Of a stretch of 64,000 nucleotides of DNA, positions 33,592 through 41,812 are shown in pieces. The notes under the pieces were generated by a model that was not told the DNA's origin, ran no database searches, and was given only the letters and a program-made list of their open reading frames with translations. Source of the stretch: Escherichia coli (GTDB lineage: Bacteria > Pseudomonadota > Gammaproteobacteria > Enterobacterales > Enterobacteriaceae); the NCBI RefSeq assembly GCF_013315695.1, contig NZ_CP054353.1. One strand, given 5' to 3'. Within the stretch, counting starts at the first letter, position 1; each line of letters starts with the position of its first letter. The position numbers and the translations under genes were made by a program.

Positions 33592-33937
33592 TTTTCAGAA
33601 TGCCTTTGATGCTGCCCTCGCCGGGGTGGACAGTACGATCGTTGAAGTGATGGGGATCCGTGCGCAGTTCACCTCCGGAGCACAACGTGGCGGCGAAGTT
33701 CAGGGGGTTTTTGACGATCCGGAGTCGCTGGGTTTTGCCGGTGGCGGGGTCCGTATTGAAGGAAGCAGCCCGTCATTATTTGTGCGGACGGATACGGTGC
33801 GTGCCGTGCGGCGTGGTGACACGCTGACCATTAACGGCGAGATGTTCTGGGTGGATCGTGTTTCTCCGGATGACGGGGGAAGCTGTTATCTCTGGCTCAA
33901 CCGTGGGCAACCACCCGCTGTTAACCGGCGACGATAA
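33584..33937 (+). CDS. FII: Head-tail joining protein FII, 117 aa
   Basis: ..GVFDDPESLGFAGGGVRIEGSSPSLFVRTD..RRGDTLTI..FWVDRVSPDDGGSCYLWL..PPAVNRRR aligns with lambda FII. Confidence 0.93.
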   Translation: MRDFQNAFDAALAGVDSTIVEVMGIRAQFTSGAQRGGEVQGVFDDPESLGFAGGGVRIEGSSPSLFVRTDTVRAVRRGDTLTINGEMFWVDRVSPDDGGSCYLWLNRGQPPAVNRRR

Positions 33938-33952
33938 ACGCAGGGTGAAATT

Positions 33953-34528
33953 ATGGCGATAAAAGGGCTTGATCAGGCGATTGATAATCTGAGCCGGGTT
34001 CGTAAAAACGCCATTCCGGCGGCTTCAGCAATGACGATTAACCGCGTGGCCACAACGGCGATTAATCAGTCTTCATCACAGGTTGCCCGGGAGACAAAGG
34101 TACGCCGGAAACTGGTTAAGGAACGGTCCAGACTGAAACGGGCCACGGTCAGAAATCCGAATGCAAAAATTATCGTTAACCGCGGTGATCTCCCTGTGAT
34201 TAAGCTGGGGATCAGAATGCTGGGGCGTCGTCCGGACAGCATACTCAAAGCCGGTCAGCATCGTTATCAGCGGGCATTTATCCAGCGATTAAATAATGGG
34301 CGCTGGCATGTTATGCAACGTCTTCCCCAGGCCAGATATGAGGAGGGCAATGACGACAAGGGAAGGAAAAAGCGTAATCGCCTTCCCATTCAGGTGGTGA
34401 AAATCCCGATGGCGGCCCCACTGAAACAGGCATTTGATGAGAATGTTGACCGTATCCGGCGTGAACGCCTGCCTAAAGAACTGGCATACGCGCTGAAACA
34501 ACAACTGAGGATTGCGATAAAACGATGA
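33953..34528 (+). CDS. Z: Tail completion protein Z, 191 aa
   Basis: The position and size match lambda gpZ. Confidence 0.8.
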   Translation: MAIKGLDQAIDNLSRVRKNAIPAASAMTINRVATTAINQSSSQVARETKVRRKLVKERSRLKRATVRNPNAKIIVNRGDLPVIKLGIRMLGRRPDSILKAGQHRYQRAFIQRLNNGRWHVMQRLPQARYEEGNDDKGRKKRNRLPIQVVKIPMAAPLKQAFDENVDRIRRERLPKELAYALKQQLRIAIKR

Positions 34529-34920
34529 AACACACTGACATTCGTGCCGCAGTGCTGGATGCACTCGAGCAGCATGAACACGGGGCGACGCTGTTTGATG
34601 GTCGCCCCGTTGTTTTTGACGAAGAGGATTTTCCTGCGATCGCGGTTTATCTGACGGATGCAGAGTATACCGGTGAAGAGCTGGATGCAGATACCTGGCG
34701 GGCCACGCTGCATATTGAGGTGTTTTTACCGGCACAGGTACCGGATTCAGAGCTTGATCAGTGGATGGAAAGCCGGATTTACCCGGCGATGACCGCGATC
34801 CCGGCACTGGCAGGACTGATTACCACGATGGTTACGCAGGGCTATGAGTATCGTCGTGATGACGATATGGCGTTATGGAGTTCTGCAGATCTGACTTATT
34901 CCATTACATACGAGATGTGA
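34525..34920 (+). CDS. U: Tail terminator protein U, 131 aa
   Basis: The position and size match lambda gpU (131 aa). Confidence 0.85.
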   Translation: MKHTDIRAAVLDALEQHEHGATLFDGRPVVFDEEDFPAIAVYLTDAEYTGEELDADTWRATLHIEVFLPAQVPDSELDQWMESRIYPAMTAIPALAGLITTMVTQGYEYRRDDDMALWSSADLTYSITYEM

Positions 34921-34927
34921 GGACGAT

Positions 34928-35674
34928 ATGGCAACACCAAATCCCCTTGAGCCGGTAAAAGGTGCCGGTACCACTCTGTGGGTTTACAACGGCAAGGCTG
35001 ATGCTTACGCAAACCCGTTGTCAGACGATGGCTGGCAGCGACTGGCTAAGGTGAAGGATCTGACGCCGGGCGAGATGACGGCTGAACCCTACGATGATAA
35101 CTACCTGGATGATGAAGACGCGGACTGGACCGCGACCGGGCAGGGACAGAAATCTGCAGGTGATACCAGTTTTACGCTGGCCTGGAAACCGGGAGAGGAA
35201 GGCCAGAAAGGGCTTATAGGCTGGTTTGAAAGCGGCGATGTCCGGGCCTATAAAATCCGTTTTCCGAATGGCACGGTGGATGTGTTTCGTGGCTGGGTCA
35301 GCAGTATCGGTAAGGCCGTGACGGCGAAAGAAGTGATCACCCGCACGGTGAAAGTCACTAACGTGGGTAAACCTTCTGTAGCGGAAGAACGCAGCAAAAT
35401 TACGCCGGTCACTGCGATTAAGGTAACGCCGACAGGTACGGTTGAAAAAGGGAAAACAACCACCCTGACCGTTACTGTGGAACCGGAAAATGCAACGGAT
35501 AAGACATTCAGGGCGATTTCCGCCGATCCATCAAAAGCCACCATTAGCGTGAAAGATATGACGATTACTGTGACGGGGGTTAAGGATGGAAAAGTCAGCA
35601 TCCCTGTGATTTCCGGTAATGGTCAGTTTGCTGCGGTGGCTGAAATTACCGTTAATAATGTGCCGGGTGGCTAA
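34928..35674 (+). CDS. V: Major tail tube protein V with a C-terminal Ig-like (Big_2) domain, 248 aa
   Basis: The position, size and Ig-like C-terminus ([35 protein letters not shown]) match lambda gpV. Confidence 0.9.
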   Translation: MATPNPLEPVKGAGTTLWVYNGKADAYANPLSDDGWQRLAKVKDLTPGEMTAEPYDDNYLDDEDADWTATGQGQKSAGDTSFTLAWKPGEEGQKGLIGWFESGDVRAYKIRFPNGTVDVFRGWVSSIGKAVTAKEVITRTVKVTNVGKPSVAEERSKITPVTAIKVTPTGTVEKGKTTTLTVTVEPENATDKTFRAISADPSKATISVKDMTITVTGVKDGKVSIPVISGNGQFAAVAEITVNNVPGG

Positions 35675-35692
35675 AGAGCTGAGAGATAAGCG

Positions 35693-36124
35693 ATGTTCCT
35701 GAAAACAGAACAATTTGAATATAACGGTGTATCCGTCACGCTTTCTGAGCTGTCTGCGCTGCAGCGTATTGAGCATCTTGCCCTCCTGAAACGGCGGGCA
35801 GAAGAGGCTGAAGCCAGCGGCAACCTGCAGGTGAGTGTGGAAGATCTTGTCAGAACCGGCGCGTTTCTGGTGGCGATGTCCCTGTGGCATAACCATCCAC
35901 AGAAAACGCAGTCACCGTCAATGAATGAGGCCGTGATGAAGATAGAGCAGGAAGTGCTCACCACCTGGCCTGCCGATGCCATTGCCCGGGCGGAAGACGT
36001 GGTGTTGTGCCTGTCCGGGATGATCGAAGCTGTTCGTCCGGATACTGATATTACTGAAGTGGCGAAAAATAACACGCTGACTGATGATGATTTTTCTGCG
36101 GGAAAGTCTTCGACGGCGAGCTGA
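35693..36124 (+). CDS. G: Tail assembly chaperone G, 143 aa
   Basis: The position after V fits, and the ORF ends shortly after the GGGAAAG slippery site. Confidence 0.85.
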   Translation: MFLKTEQFEYNGVSVTLSELSALQRIEHLALLKRRAEEAEASGNLQVSVEDLVRTGAFLVAMSLWHNHPQKTQSPSMNEAVMKIEQEVLTTWPADAIARAEDVVLCLSGMIEAVRPDTDITEVAKNNTLTDDDFSAGKSSTAS

Positions 36125-36564
36125 ACTTTGCCCTCAGACTGGCGCGTGAGATGGGGAGACCCGACTGGCGCGCCATGCTTGCCGGGATGACATCCACCGA
36201 ATATGCCGACTGGCACCGTTTTTACCGCACGCATTATTTTCAGGATACCCAGCTGGATATGCATTTTTCCGGGCTGACGTACGCTGTACTCAGCCTGTTT
36301 TTTTGCGATCCGGATATGCATCCCTCTGATTTCAGTCTGCTTGTCCCCCGGCATGAGGAAGAGCAGGTGGAGAGGCCGGATGAGGACAAAATGCTGATGC
36401 AGAAAGCGGCAGGACTTGCCGGAGGCGTCCGGTTCGGTGGGGACGGAGGGCGCGATATTTTATCGTCTGCGGATGTGGCGGATGTCATGGTGGATGATGC
36501 CGCATTAATGATGGCTTCAGCGGGGATTCCGGGAGGTGTGAGATATGTCCCAGCCGGTTGGTGA
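35693..36564 (+). CDS. T: Tail assembly chaperone G-T, produced by a programmed -1 frameshift at 36100-36106
   Basis: The T frame (ORF 36151..36564 and its upstream extension) is open from the slip site. This architecture is conserved in lambda-like tails. Confidence 0.8.
36100..36106 (+). promoter_or_regulatory. Slippery heptamer G GGA AAG for the G/GT -1 frameshift
   Basis: CTGCGGGAAAGTCT is the same heptamer as in lambda G-T. Confidence 0.8.
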
Positions 36565-39118
36565 TCTTGTTATTGACCTTAGTCTGGATGCTGTCCGTTT
36601 CGATGAGCAGATGAGCCGGGTAAGGCGTCATTTTTCAGGTCTGGATACCGACGCCAGAAAAACCGCCAGTGCTGTTGAACAGGGCCTGAGCCGCCAGGCG
36701 CTGGCTGCACAAAAAGCAGGGATTTCCGTCGGGCAGTATAAAGCGGCCATGCGAACCCTGCCCGCACAGTTTACGGATATCGCCACGCAGCTTGCCGGTG
36801 GTCAGAATCCCTGGCTGATCCTGCTGCAACAGGGCGGTCAGGTGAAGGACTCCTTCGGCGGGATGATCCCCATGTTCAGGGGGCTTGCCGGTGCGATCAC
36901 CCTGCCGATGGTCGGGGTCACCTCGCTGGCGGTGGCGACAGGTGCGCTGGTGTACGCCTGGTACCAGGGAGATTCCACGCTTTCAGCGTTTAATAAAACT
37001 CTGGTTCTTTCCGGTAATCAGTCCGGACTGACTGCCGATCGTATGCTGACTCTCTCAAGAGCCGGGCAGGCAGCAGGGCTGACGTTTAACCAGGCGAGAG
37101 AGTCACTGGCAGCCCTGGTGAATGCCGGTGTGCGTGGTGGTGAACAGTTTGATGCCATCAACCAGAGTGTCGCGCGTTTTGCGTCTGCATCCGGTGTGGA
37201 GGTGGATAAAGTCGCTGAAGCCTTCGGGAAGCTGACCACTGACCCGACGTCGGGACTGATGGCGATGGCGCGCCAGTTCCGTAACGTGACGGCAGAGCAG
37301 ATTGCGTATGTTGCACAGCTGCAGCGTTCCGGAGACGAGGCCGGGGCATTGCAGGCGGCGAACGATATCGCCACGAAAGGCTTTGATGAGCAGACCCGTC
37401 GCCTGAAAGAAAACATGGGAACACTGGAGACCTGGGCGGATAAAACAGGGAAGGCATTCAAATCGATGTGGGATGCCATTCTGGATATCGGTCGTCCGGA
37501 ATCCTCAGCGGATATGCTCGCCAGTGCGCAGAAGGCATTTGATGAGGCGGATAAAAAATGGCAGTGGTACCAGAGCCGGAGCCAGCGCCGGGGAAAGACC
37601 TCCTCTTTTCGTGCGAACCTTCAGGGGGCATGGGATGACCGGGAAAATGCCCGTCTGGGTCTGGCAGCGGCCACGCTGCAGTCGGATATGGAAAAAGCCG
37701 GTGAACTGGCGGCAAGGGACCGGGCTGAGCGTGAGGCGTCACAGCTGAAGTATACCGGAGAGGCGCAGAAGGCGTATGAGCGCCTGCAGACGCCGCTGGA
37801 TAAATATACCGCCCGTCAGAAAGAGCTGAATAAGGCCCTGAAAGACGGAAAAATCCTGCAGGCGGATTACAACACGCTGATGGCGTCGGCAAAAAAGGAT
37901 TATGAATCGACGCTGAAAAAGCCGTCAGGTGTGAAGGTGTCTGCCGGTGAGCGCCAGGAAGACCGGGCGCATGCAGCCATGCTGGCGCTTGAAACCGAGC
38001 TCAGGACGCTGGAAAAACACAGCGGTGTGAATGAGAAAATCAGCCAGCAGCGCCGGGATTTATGGGAAGCGGAAAATCAGTATGTGGTCCTGAAAGAGGC
38101 CGCCACGAAACGGCAGTTATCTGAGCAGGAAAAATCCCTGCTGGCCCATGAGAAAGAAACGCTGGAGTACAAACGCCAGCTGGCTGAGCTGGGCGACAAG
38201 ATAGAACACCAGAAGCGGCTGAATGAGCTGGCACAGCAGGCGGCGCGGTTTGAACAGCAGCAGAGCGCGAAGCAGGCGGCAATCAGCGCAAAAGCCCGCG
38301 GCCTCACTGACCGTCAGGCGCAGCGGGAGTCGGAAGAGCAGCGCCTTCGTGAGGTGTACGGTGATAATCCGGCTGCGCTGGCGAAGGCCACATCGGCACT
38401 GAAGAACACCTGGTCTGCGGAGGAGCAGCTTCGTGGAAGCTGGATGGCCGGGATGAAGTCCGGCTGGGGCGAGTGGGCGGAAAGTGCGACGGACAGTTTT
38501 TCGCAGGTTAAAAACGCGGCCACGCAGACCTTTGACGGTATTGCACAGAATATGGCGGCGATGCTGACCGGCAGTGAGCAGAACTGGCGTGGTTTCACCC
38601 GTTCCGTGCTCTCCATGCTGACAGAGATTTTTCTGAAGCAGGCAATGGTGGGGATTGTCGGAAGTATCGGCAGCGCCATTGGCGGGGCTGTTGGTGGTGG
38701 CGCATCCGCGTCAGGCGGTACAGCCATTCAGGCTGCGGCGGCGAACTTCCATTTTGCGACCGGAGGATTTACGGGAACCGGCGGCAAATATGAGCCAGCG
38801 GGGATTGTTCACCGTGGTGAATTTGTCTTCACGAAGGAGGCAACCAGCCGGATTGGTGTCGGCAACCTGTATCGTCTGATGCGCGGGTATGCGGAAGGTG
38901 GTTATGTCGGCGGTGCCGGAAGTCCGGCGCAGATGCGGCGGGCGGAAGGTATCCGGTTTGAGCAGAACAACAGCGTGGTGATTCAGAACGACGGTATCAA
39001 CGGACAGGCCGGGCCGCAGCTGATGAAAGCGGTGTATGAGATGGCCCGTAAAGGTGCGCAGGATGAGATTCAGGCGCAGATGCGTGATGGCGGCGTATTT
39101 TCCGGAGGCAGGCGATGA
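36545..39118 (+). CDS. H: Tape measure protein H, 857 aa
   Basis: The size, position and coiled-coil-rich sequence match lambda gpH (853 aa). Confidence 0.92.
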   Translation: MSQPVGDLVIDLSLDAVRFDEQMSRVRRHFSGLDTDARKTASAVEQGLSRQALAAQKAGISVGQYKAAMRTLPAQFTDIATQLAGGQNPWLILLQQGGQVKDSFGGMIPMFRGLAGAITLPMVGVTSLAVATGALVYAWYQGDSTLSAFNKTLVLSGNQSGLTADRMLTLSRAGQAAGLTFNQARESLAALVNAGVRGGEQFDAINQSVARFASASGVEVDKVAEAFGKLTTDPTSGLMAMARQFRNVTAEQIAYVAQLQRSGDEAGALQAANDIATKGFDEQTRRLKENMGTLETWADKTGKAFKSMWDAILDIGRPESSADMLASAQKAFDEADKKWQWYQSRSQRRGKTSSFRANLQGAWDDRENARLGLAAATLQSDMEKAGELAARDRAEREASQLKYTGEAQKAYERLQTPLDKYTARQKELNKALKDGKILQADYNTLMASAKKDYESTLKKPSGVKVSAGERQEDRAHAAMLALETELRTLEKHSGVNEKISQQRRDLWEAENQYVVLKEAATKRQLSEQEKSLLAHEKETLEYKRQLAELGDKIEHQKRLNELAQQAARFEQQQSAKQAAISAKARGLTDRQAQRESEEQRLREVYGDNPAALAKATSALKNTWSAEEQLRGSWMAGMKSGWGEWAESATDSFSQVKNAATQTFDGIAQNMAAMLTGSEQNWRGFTRSVLSMLTEIFLKQAMVGIVGSIGSAIGGAVGGGASASGGTAIQAAAANFHFATGGFTGTGGKYEPAGIVHRGEFVFTKEATSRIGVGNLYRLMRGYAEGGYVGGAGSPAQMRRAEGIRFEQNNSVVIQNDGINGQAGPQLMKAVYEMARKGAQDEIQAQMRDGGVFSGGRR

Positions 39119-39444
39119 AAACCTTTCGCTGGAAAGTGAAACCGGATATGGAGGTGAACTCGCAGCCATCGGTGCGTGAAGTGCGTTTTGGTGACGGGTA
39201 CTCACAGCGTATGGCGGCAGGGCTGAATGCTGACCTGAAAACATACAGGGTGACGCTTTCCGTGACCCGGGAGGAGGCCCGGCATCTGGAAGCGTTCCTG
39301 GCAGAGCACGGTGGCTGGAAGGCATTTTTGTGGAAGCCACCCTATGCATACCGGCAGATAAAGGTGACCTGTGCCGGGTGGTCTGCGCGGGTCGGGATGT
39401 TGCGCGTTGAGTTCAGCGCGGAGTTTAAGCAGGTGGTGAACTGA
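39115..39444 (+). CDS. M: Minor tail protein M, 109 aa
   Basis: Same length and position as lambda gpM. Confidence 0.88.
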   Translation: MKTFRWKVKPDMEVNSQPSVREVRFGDGYSQRMAAGLNADLKTYRVTLSVTREEARHLEAFLAEHGGWKAFLWKPPYAYRQIKVTCAGWSARVGMLRVEFSAEFKQVVN

Positions 39445-40142
39445 TGCAGGATATTCGCGAAGAAAGTCTGAACGAGTCGGTTAAGTCAGAGCAGTCACCG
39501 CGGGTGGTACTCTGGGAAATCGACCTGACGGTACAGGGTGGTGAGCGGTATTTTTTCTGTAATGAGCTGAATGAAAAAGGGGAGCCGGTCACCTGGCAGG
39601 GGCGTAAGTATGAGGCATACCCGATTGACGGCAGCGGCTTTGAGATGAACGGCCGGGGCAGCAGTGCCAGACCGTCGCTGACGGTGTCCAATCTGTTCGG
39701 TCTGGTCACCGGGATGGCGGAAGACCTGCAGAGTCTGGTGGGGGCCACGGTGGTCCGCCGCCGGGTGTATGCCCGTTTTCTGGATGCGGTGAATTTCGTT
39801 GCGGGCAATCCGGAGGCGGACCCGGAGCAGGAGCTGAGTGACCGCTGGGTGGTGGAGCAGATGTCGCAGCTGACAGCCATGACGGCCTCGTTTGTGCTGG
39901 CCACACCGACCGAGACGGACGGGGCGCTGTTTCCCGGTCGCATCATGCTGGCGAACACCTGTATGTGGGATTACCGGGGAGATGAATGCGGGTATAACGG
40001 TCCTGCGGTGGCGGATGAGTTCGACAACCCCACCACGGATATCCGTAAGGACAGATGCAGCAAGTGCATGCGCGGGTGTGAGATGCGCGGCATGGTGGCT
40101 AATTTTGGCGGTTTCCTTTCCATTAACAAACTTTCGCAGTAA
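39444..40142 (+). CDS. L: Minor tail protein L, 232 aa
   Basis: Same length and position as lambda gpL, with the C-terminal Cys cluster (CGY..CSKCMRGCEMRG). Confidence 0.9.
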   Translation: MQDIREESLNESVKSEQSPRVVLWEIDLTVQGGERYFFCNELNEKGEPVTWQGRKYEAYPIDGSGFEMNGRGSSARPSLTVSNLFGLVTGMAEDLQSLVGATVVRRRVYARFLDAVNFVAGNPEADPEQELSDRWVVEQMSQLTAMTASFVLATPTETDGALFPGRIMLANTCMWDYRGDECGYNGPAVADEFDNPTTDIRKDRCSKCMRGCEMRGMVANFGGFLSINKLSQ

Positions 40143-40147
40143 ATCCA

Positions 40148-40891
40148 ATGACACAGACAGAATCAGCGATTCTGGCGCATGCCCGGCGGTGTGTGCCTGC
40201 GGAGTCGTGCGGCTTAGTGGTGAGAACGCCGGAGGGGGAGCGGTATATCCCTTGTGTGAATATCTCTGCAGAGCCGGAGGCGTATTTTCGTATTGCACCG
40301 GAAGACTGGCTGCGGGCAGAGATGCAGGGGGAGATTGTGGCACTGGTCCACAGTCATCCCGGTGGGCTGCCCTGGCTGAGCGAGGCTGACCGGCGGCTGC
40401 AGATAAAAAGCGCACTGCCCTGGTGGCTGGTCTGCCGGGGTGACATTCACAAATTCCGCTGCGTGCCGCACCTGACGGGACGGCGCTTTGAGCACGGGGT
40501 GACGGACTGTTACACCCTGTTCCGGGATGCATACCATCTGGCGGGGACTGAAATGCCGGATTTTCATCGCGAGGATGACTGGTGGCGCAACGGTCAGAAC
40601 CTTTACCTGGACAATATGGCGGTCACCGGCTTTTACCGGGTGCCCCTGTCCTCTGCACAGGCGGGCGATATTCTGCTGTGCTGCTTTGGTGCTTCGGTAC
40701 CGAACCATGCCGCCATTTACTGCGGCAACGGTGAGCTGCTTCACCATCTGCCTGAACAACTGAGTAAACGGGAGAGGTATTCCGAAAAATGGCAACGACG
40801 AACGCATTCTGTCTGGCGTCACCGCCACTGGCACGCATCTGCCTTCACGGGGATTTGCAACGATTTGGCCGCCGCCTCAGCCTGTATGTGA
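40148..40891 (+). CDS. K: Tail tip assembly protein K (MPN/JAB plus NlpC/P60 domains), 247 aa
   Basis: HSHPGG is a JAMM-like motif, and ..DCYTLFRDAY.. is an NlpC/P60 Cys motif. The gene overlaps I by about 100 nt, as in lambda. Confidence 0.88.
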   Translation: MTQTESAILAHARRCVPAESCGLVVRTPEGERYIPCVNISAEPEAYFRIAPEDWLRAEMQGEIVALVHSHPGGLPWLSEADRRLQIKSALPWWLVCRGDIHKFRCVPHLTGRRFEHGVTDCYTLFRDAYHLAGTEMPDFHREDDWWRNGQNLYLDNMAVTGFYRVPLSSAQAGDILLCCFGASVPNHAAIYCGNGELLHHLPEQLSKRERYSEKWQRRTHSVWRHRHWHASAFTGICNDLAAASACM

Positions 40892-41469
40892 ACACGGCAG
40901 CGGAAGCCATTCGCGCCCTGTCGATGCAGATGCCGGGCTTTCGCCGTCAGATGAACGAAGGCTGGTACCAGATACGTATTGCCGGTGATGACACGGCACC
41001 GGAGGCGGTGTATGCCCGTCTTCACGAACAGCTGGGTGAGGGAACGGTCATCCACATTGTGCCGCGACTGGCCGGGGCCGGAAAGGGTGGACTGCAGATT
41101 GTGCTGGGGGCGGCAGCCATCGTGGGCTCTTTCTTCACGGCCGGAGGCTCGATGGCGTTATGGGGTACAGCCCTGAGTGCCGGTGGTTTTTCTGCCACCA
41201 CGATGCTGTTTTCACTGGGTGCCAGCATGATACTGGGCGGAGTGGCCCAGATGCTGGCCCCGAAGGCAAAAACACCGGATTACCGCGCAACGGATAACGG
41301 CAGACAGAACACGTACTTTTCCTCGCTGGATAACATGATTGCCCAGGGGAACCCGATGCCGGTGCCTTACGGGGAAATGCTGGTTGGCTCCCGCCGTATA
41401 TCCCAGGACATCAGCACCCGTGATGAAGGCGGGGGCGGAAAGGTCGTGGTTATCGGGCGGCAGGGGTAA
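40789..41469 (+). CDS. I: Tail tip assembly protein I, 226 aa
   Basis: MATTNAFCLASPPLARICLHGDLQRFGRR... aligns with the lambda gpI N-terminus and with ..NTYFSSLDNM.AQGN..PV.YGEM.VGSR. Confidence 0.9.
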   Translation: MATTNAFCLASPPLARICLHGDLQRFGRRLSLYVNTAAEAIRALSMQMPGFRRQMNEGWYQIRIAGDDTAPEAVYARLHEQLGEGTVIHIVPRLAGAGKGGLQIVLGAAAIVGSFFTAGGSMALWGTALSAGGFSATTMLFSLGASMILGGVAQMLAPKAKTPDYRATDNGRQNTYFSSLDNMIAQGNPMPVPYGEMLVGSRRISQDISTRDEGGGGKVVVIGRQG

Positions 41470-41476
41470 AAAGAAT

Positions 41477-41573
41477 AAAAAAATCCCGCAGTGATCGCGG
41501 ACAGGAACTGCGGGAGAGTTACGAAGATTAAGTGTAAGGAATTATTCTTATATCACGACAAAAAAATTAACGC
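41477..41573 (-). ncRNA. Candidate sRNA of about 97 nt, antisense-oriented in the I-J gap (consensus-like promoter to strong intrinsic terminator)
   Basis: The reverse-strand promoter is TTCACA-N16-TATAAT (41580-41607). An AU-rich body without an ORF follows. The terminator is TCCCGCAG-16 nt-CTGCGGGA (41484-41515) followed by TTTTTTTATT. Confidence 0.45.
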
Positions 41574-41579
41574 AGAGAA

Positions 41580-41607
41580 ATTATACGCGCCACAGTCAGT
41601 TTGTGAA
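41580..41607 (-). promoter_or_regulatory. Near-consensus sigma70 promoter (TTCACA-N16-TATAAT) on the reverse strand
   Basis: The plus-strand ATTATA at 41580-41585 and TGTGAA at 41602-41607 are the reverse complements of the -10 and -35 elements. Confidence 0.5.
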
Positions 41608-41679
41608 AATGTGAAGATATTCAGAATTTTTATGCCATTACCGGTTTTAACCAACAGGATTATCGGTGGGCATGAAAGA

Positions 41680-41709
41680 AAACCCCGGTATCTGCTGATA
41701 CCGGGGTTT
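41680..41709. terminator. Perfect 13-bp hairpin with flanking A/T runs (bidirectional terminator-like)
   Basis: AAACCCCGGTATC-TGCT-GATACCGGGGTTT. On the reverse strand it is followed by TCTTTC. Confidence 0.6.
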
Positions 41710-41812
41710 CTCTTTAGCATGGCAGAAATGTGTTTCATGCTTTTCGGGCGAAGGATATCCGACTTCTGTACGGAATGGCAAGTGGCGGTTAATTTATTCA
41801 GGGGAAGGCTGT

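Noticed and set aside
39495-40532. 345-aa reverse-strand ORF, and many other long reverse or alternative-frame ORFs inside the head and tail genes (for example 35671-36354, 26945-27619, 28935-29585, 38711-39349, 42551-43147, 43267-43890).
   Set aside because: They lie entirely within confidently assigned lambda-like structural genes on the other strand. They have Pro/Arg/Gly-rich, low-complexity translations typical of shadow frames in GC-rich coding DNA, and they lack RBS and context.
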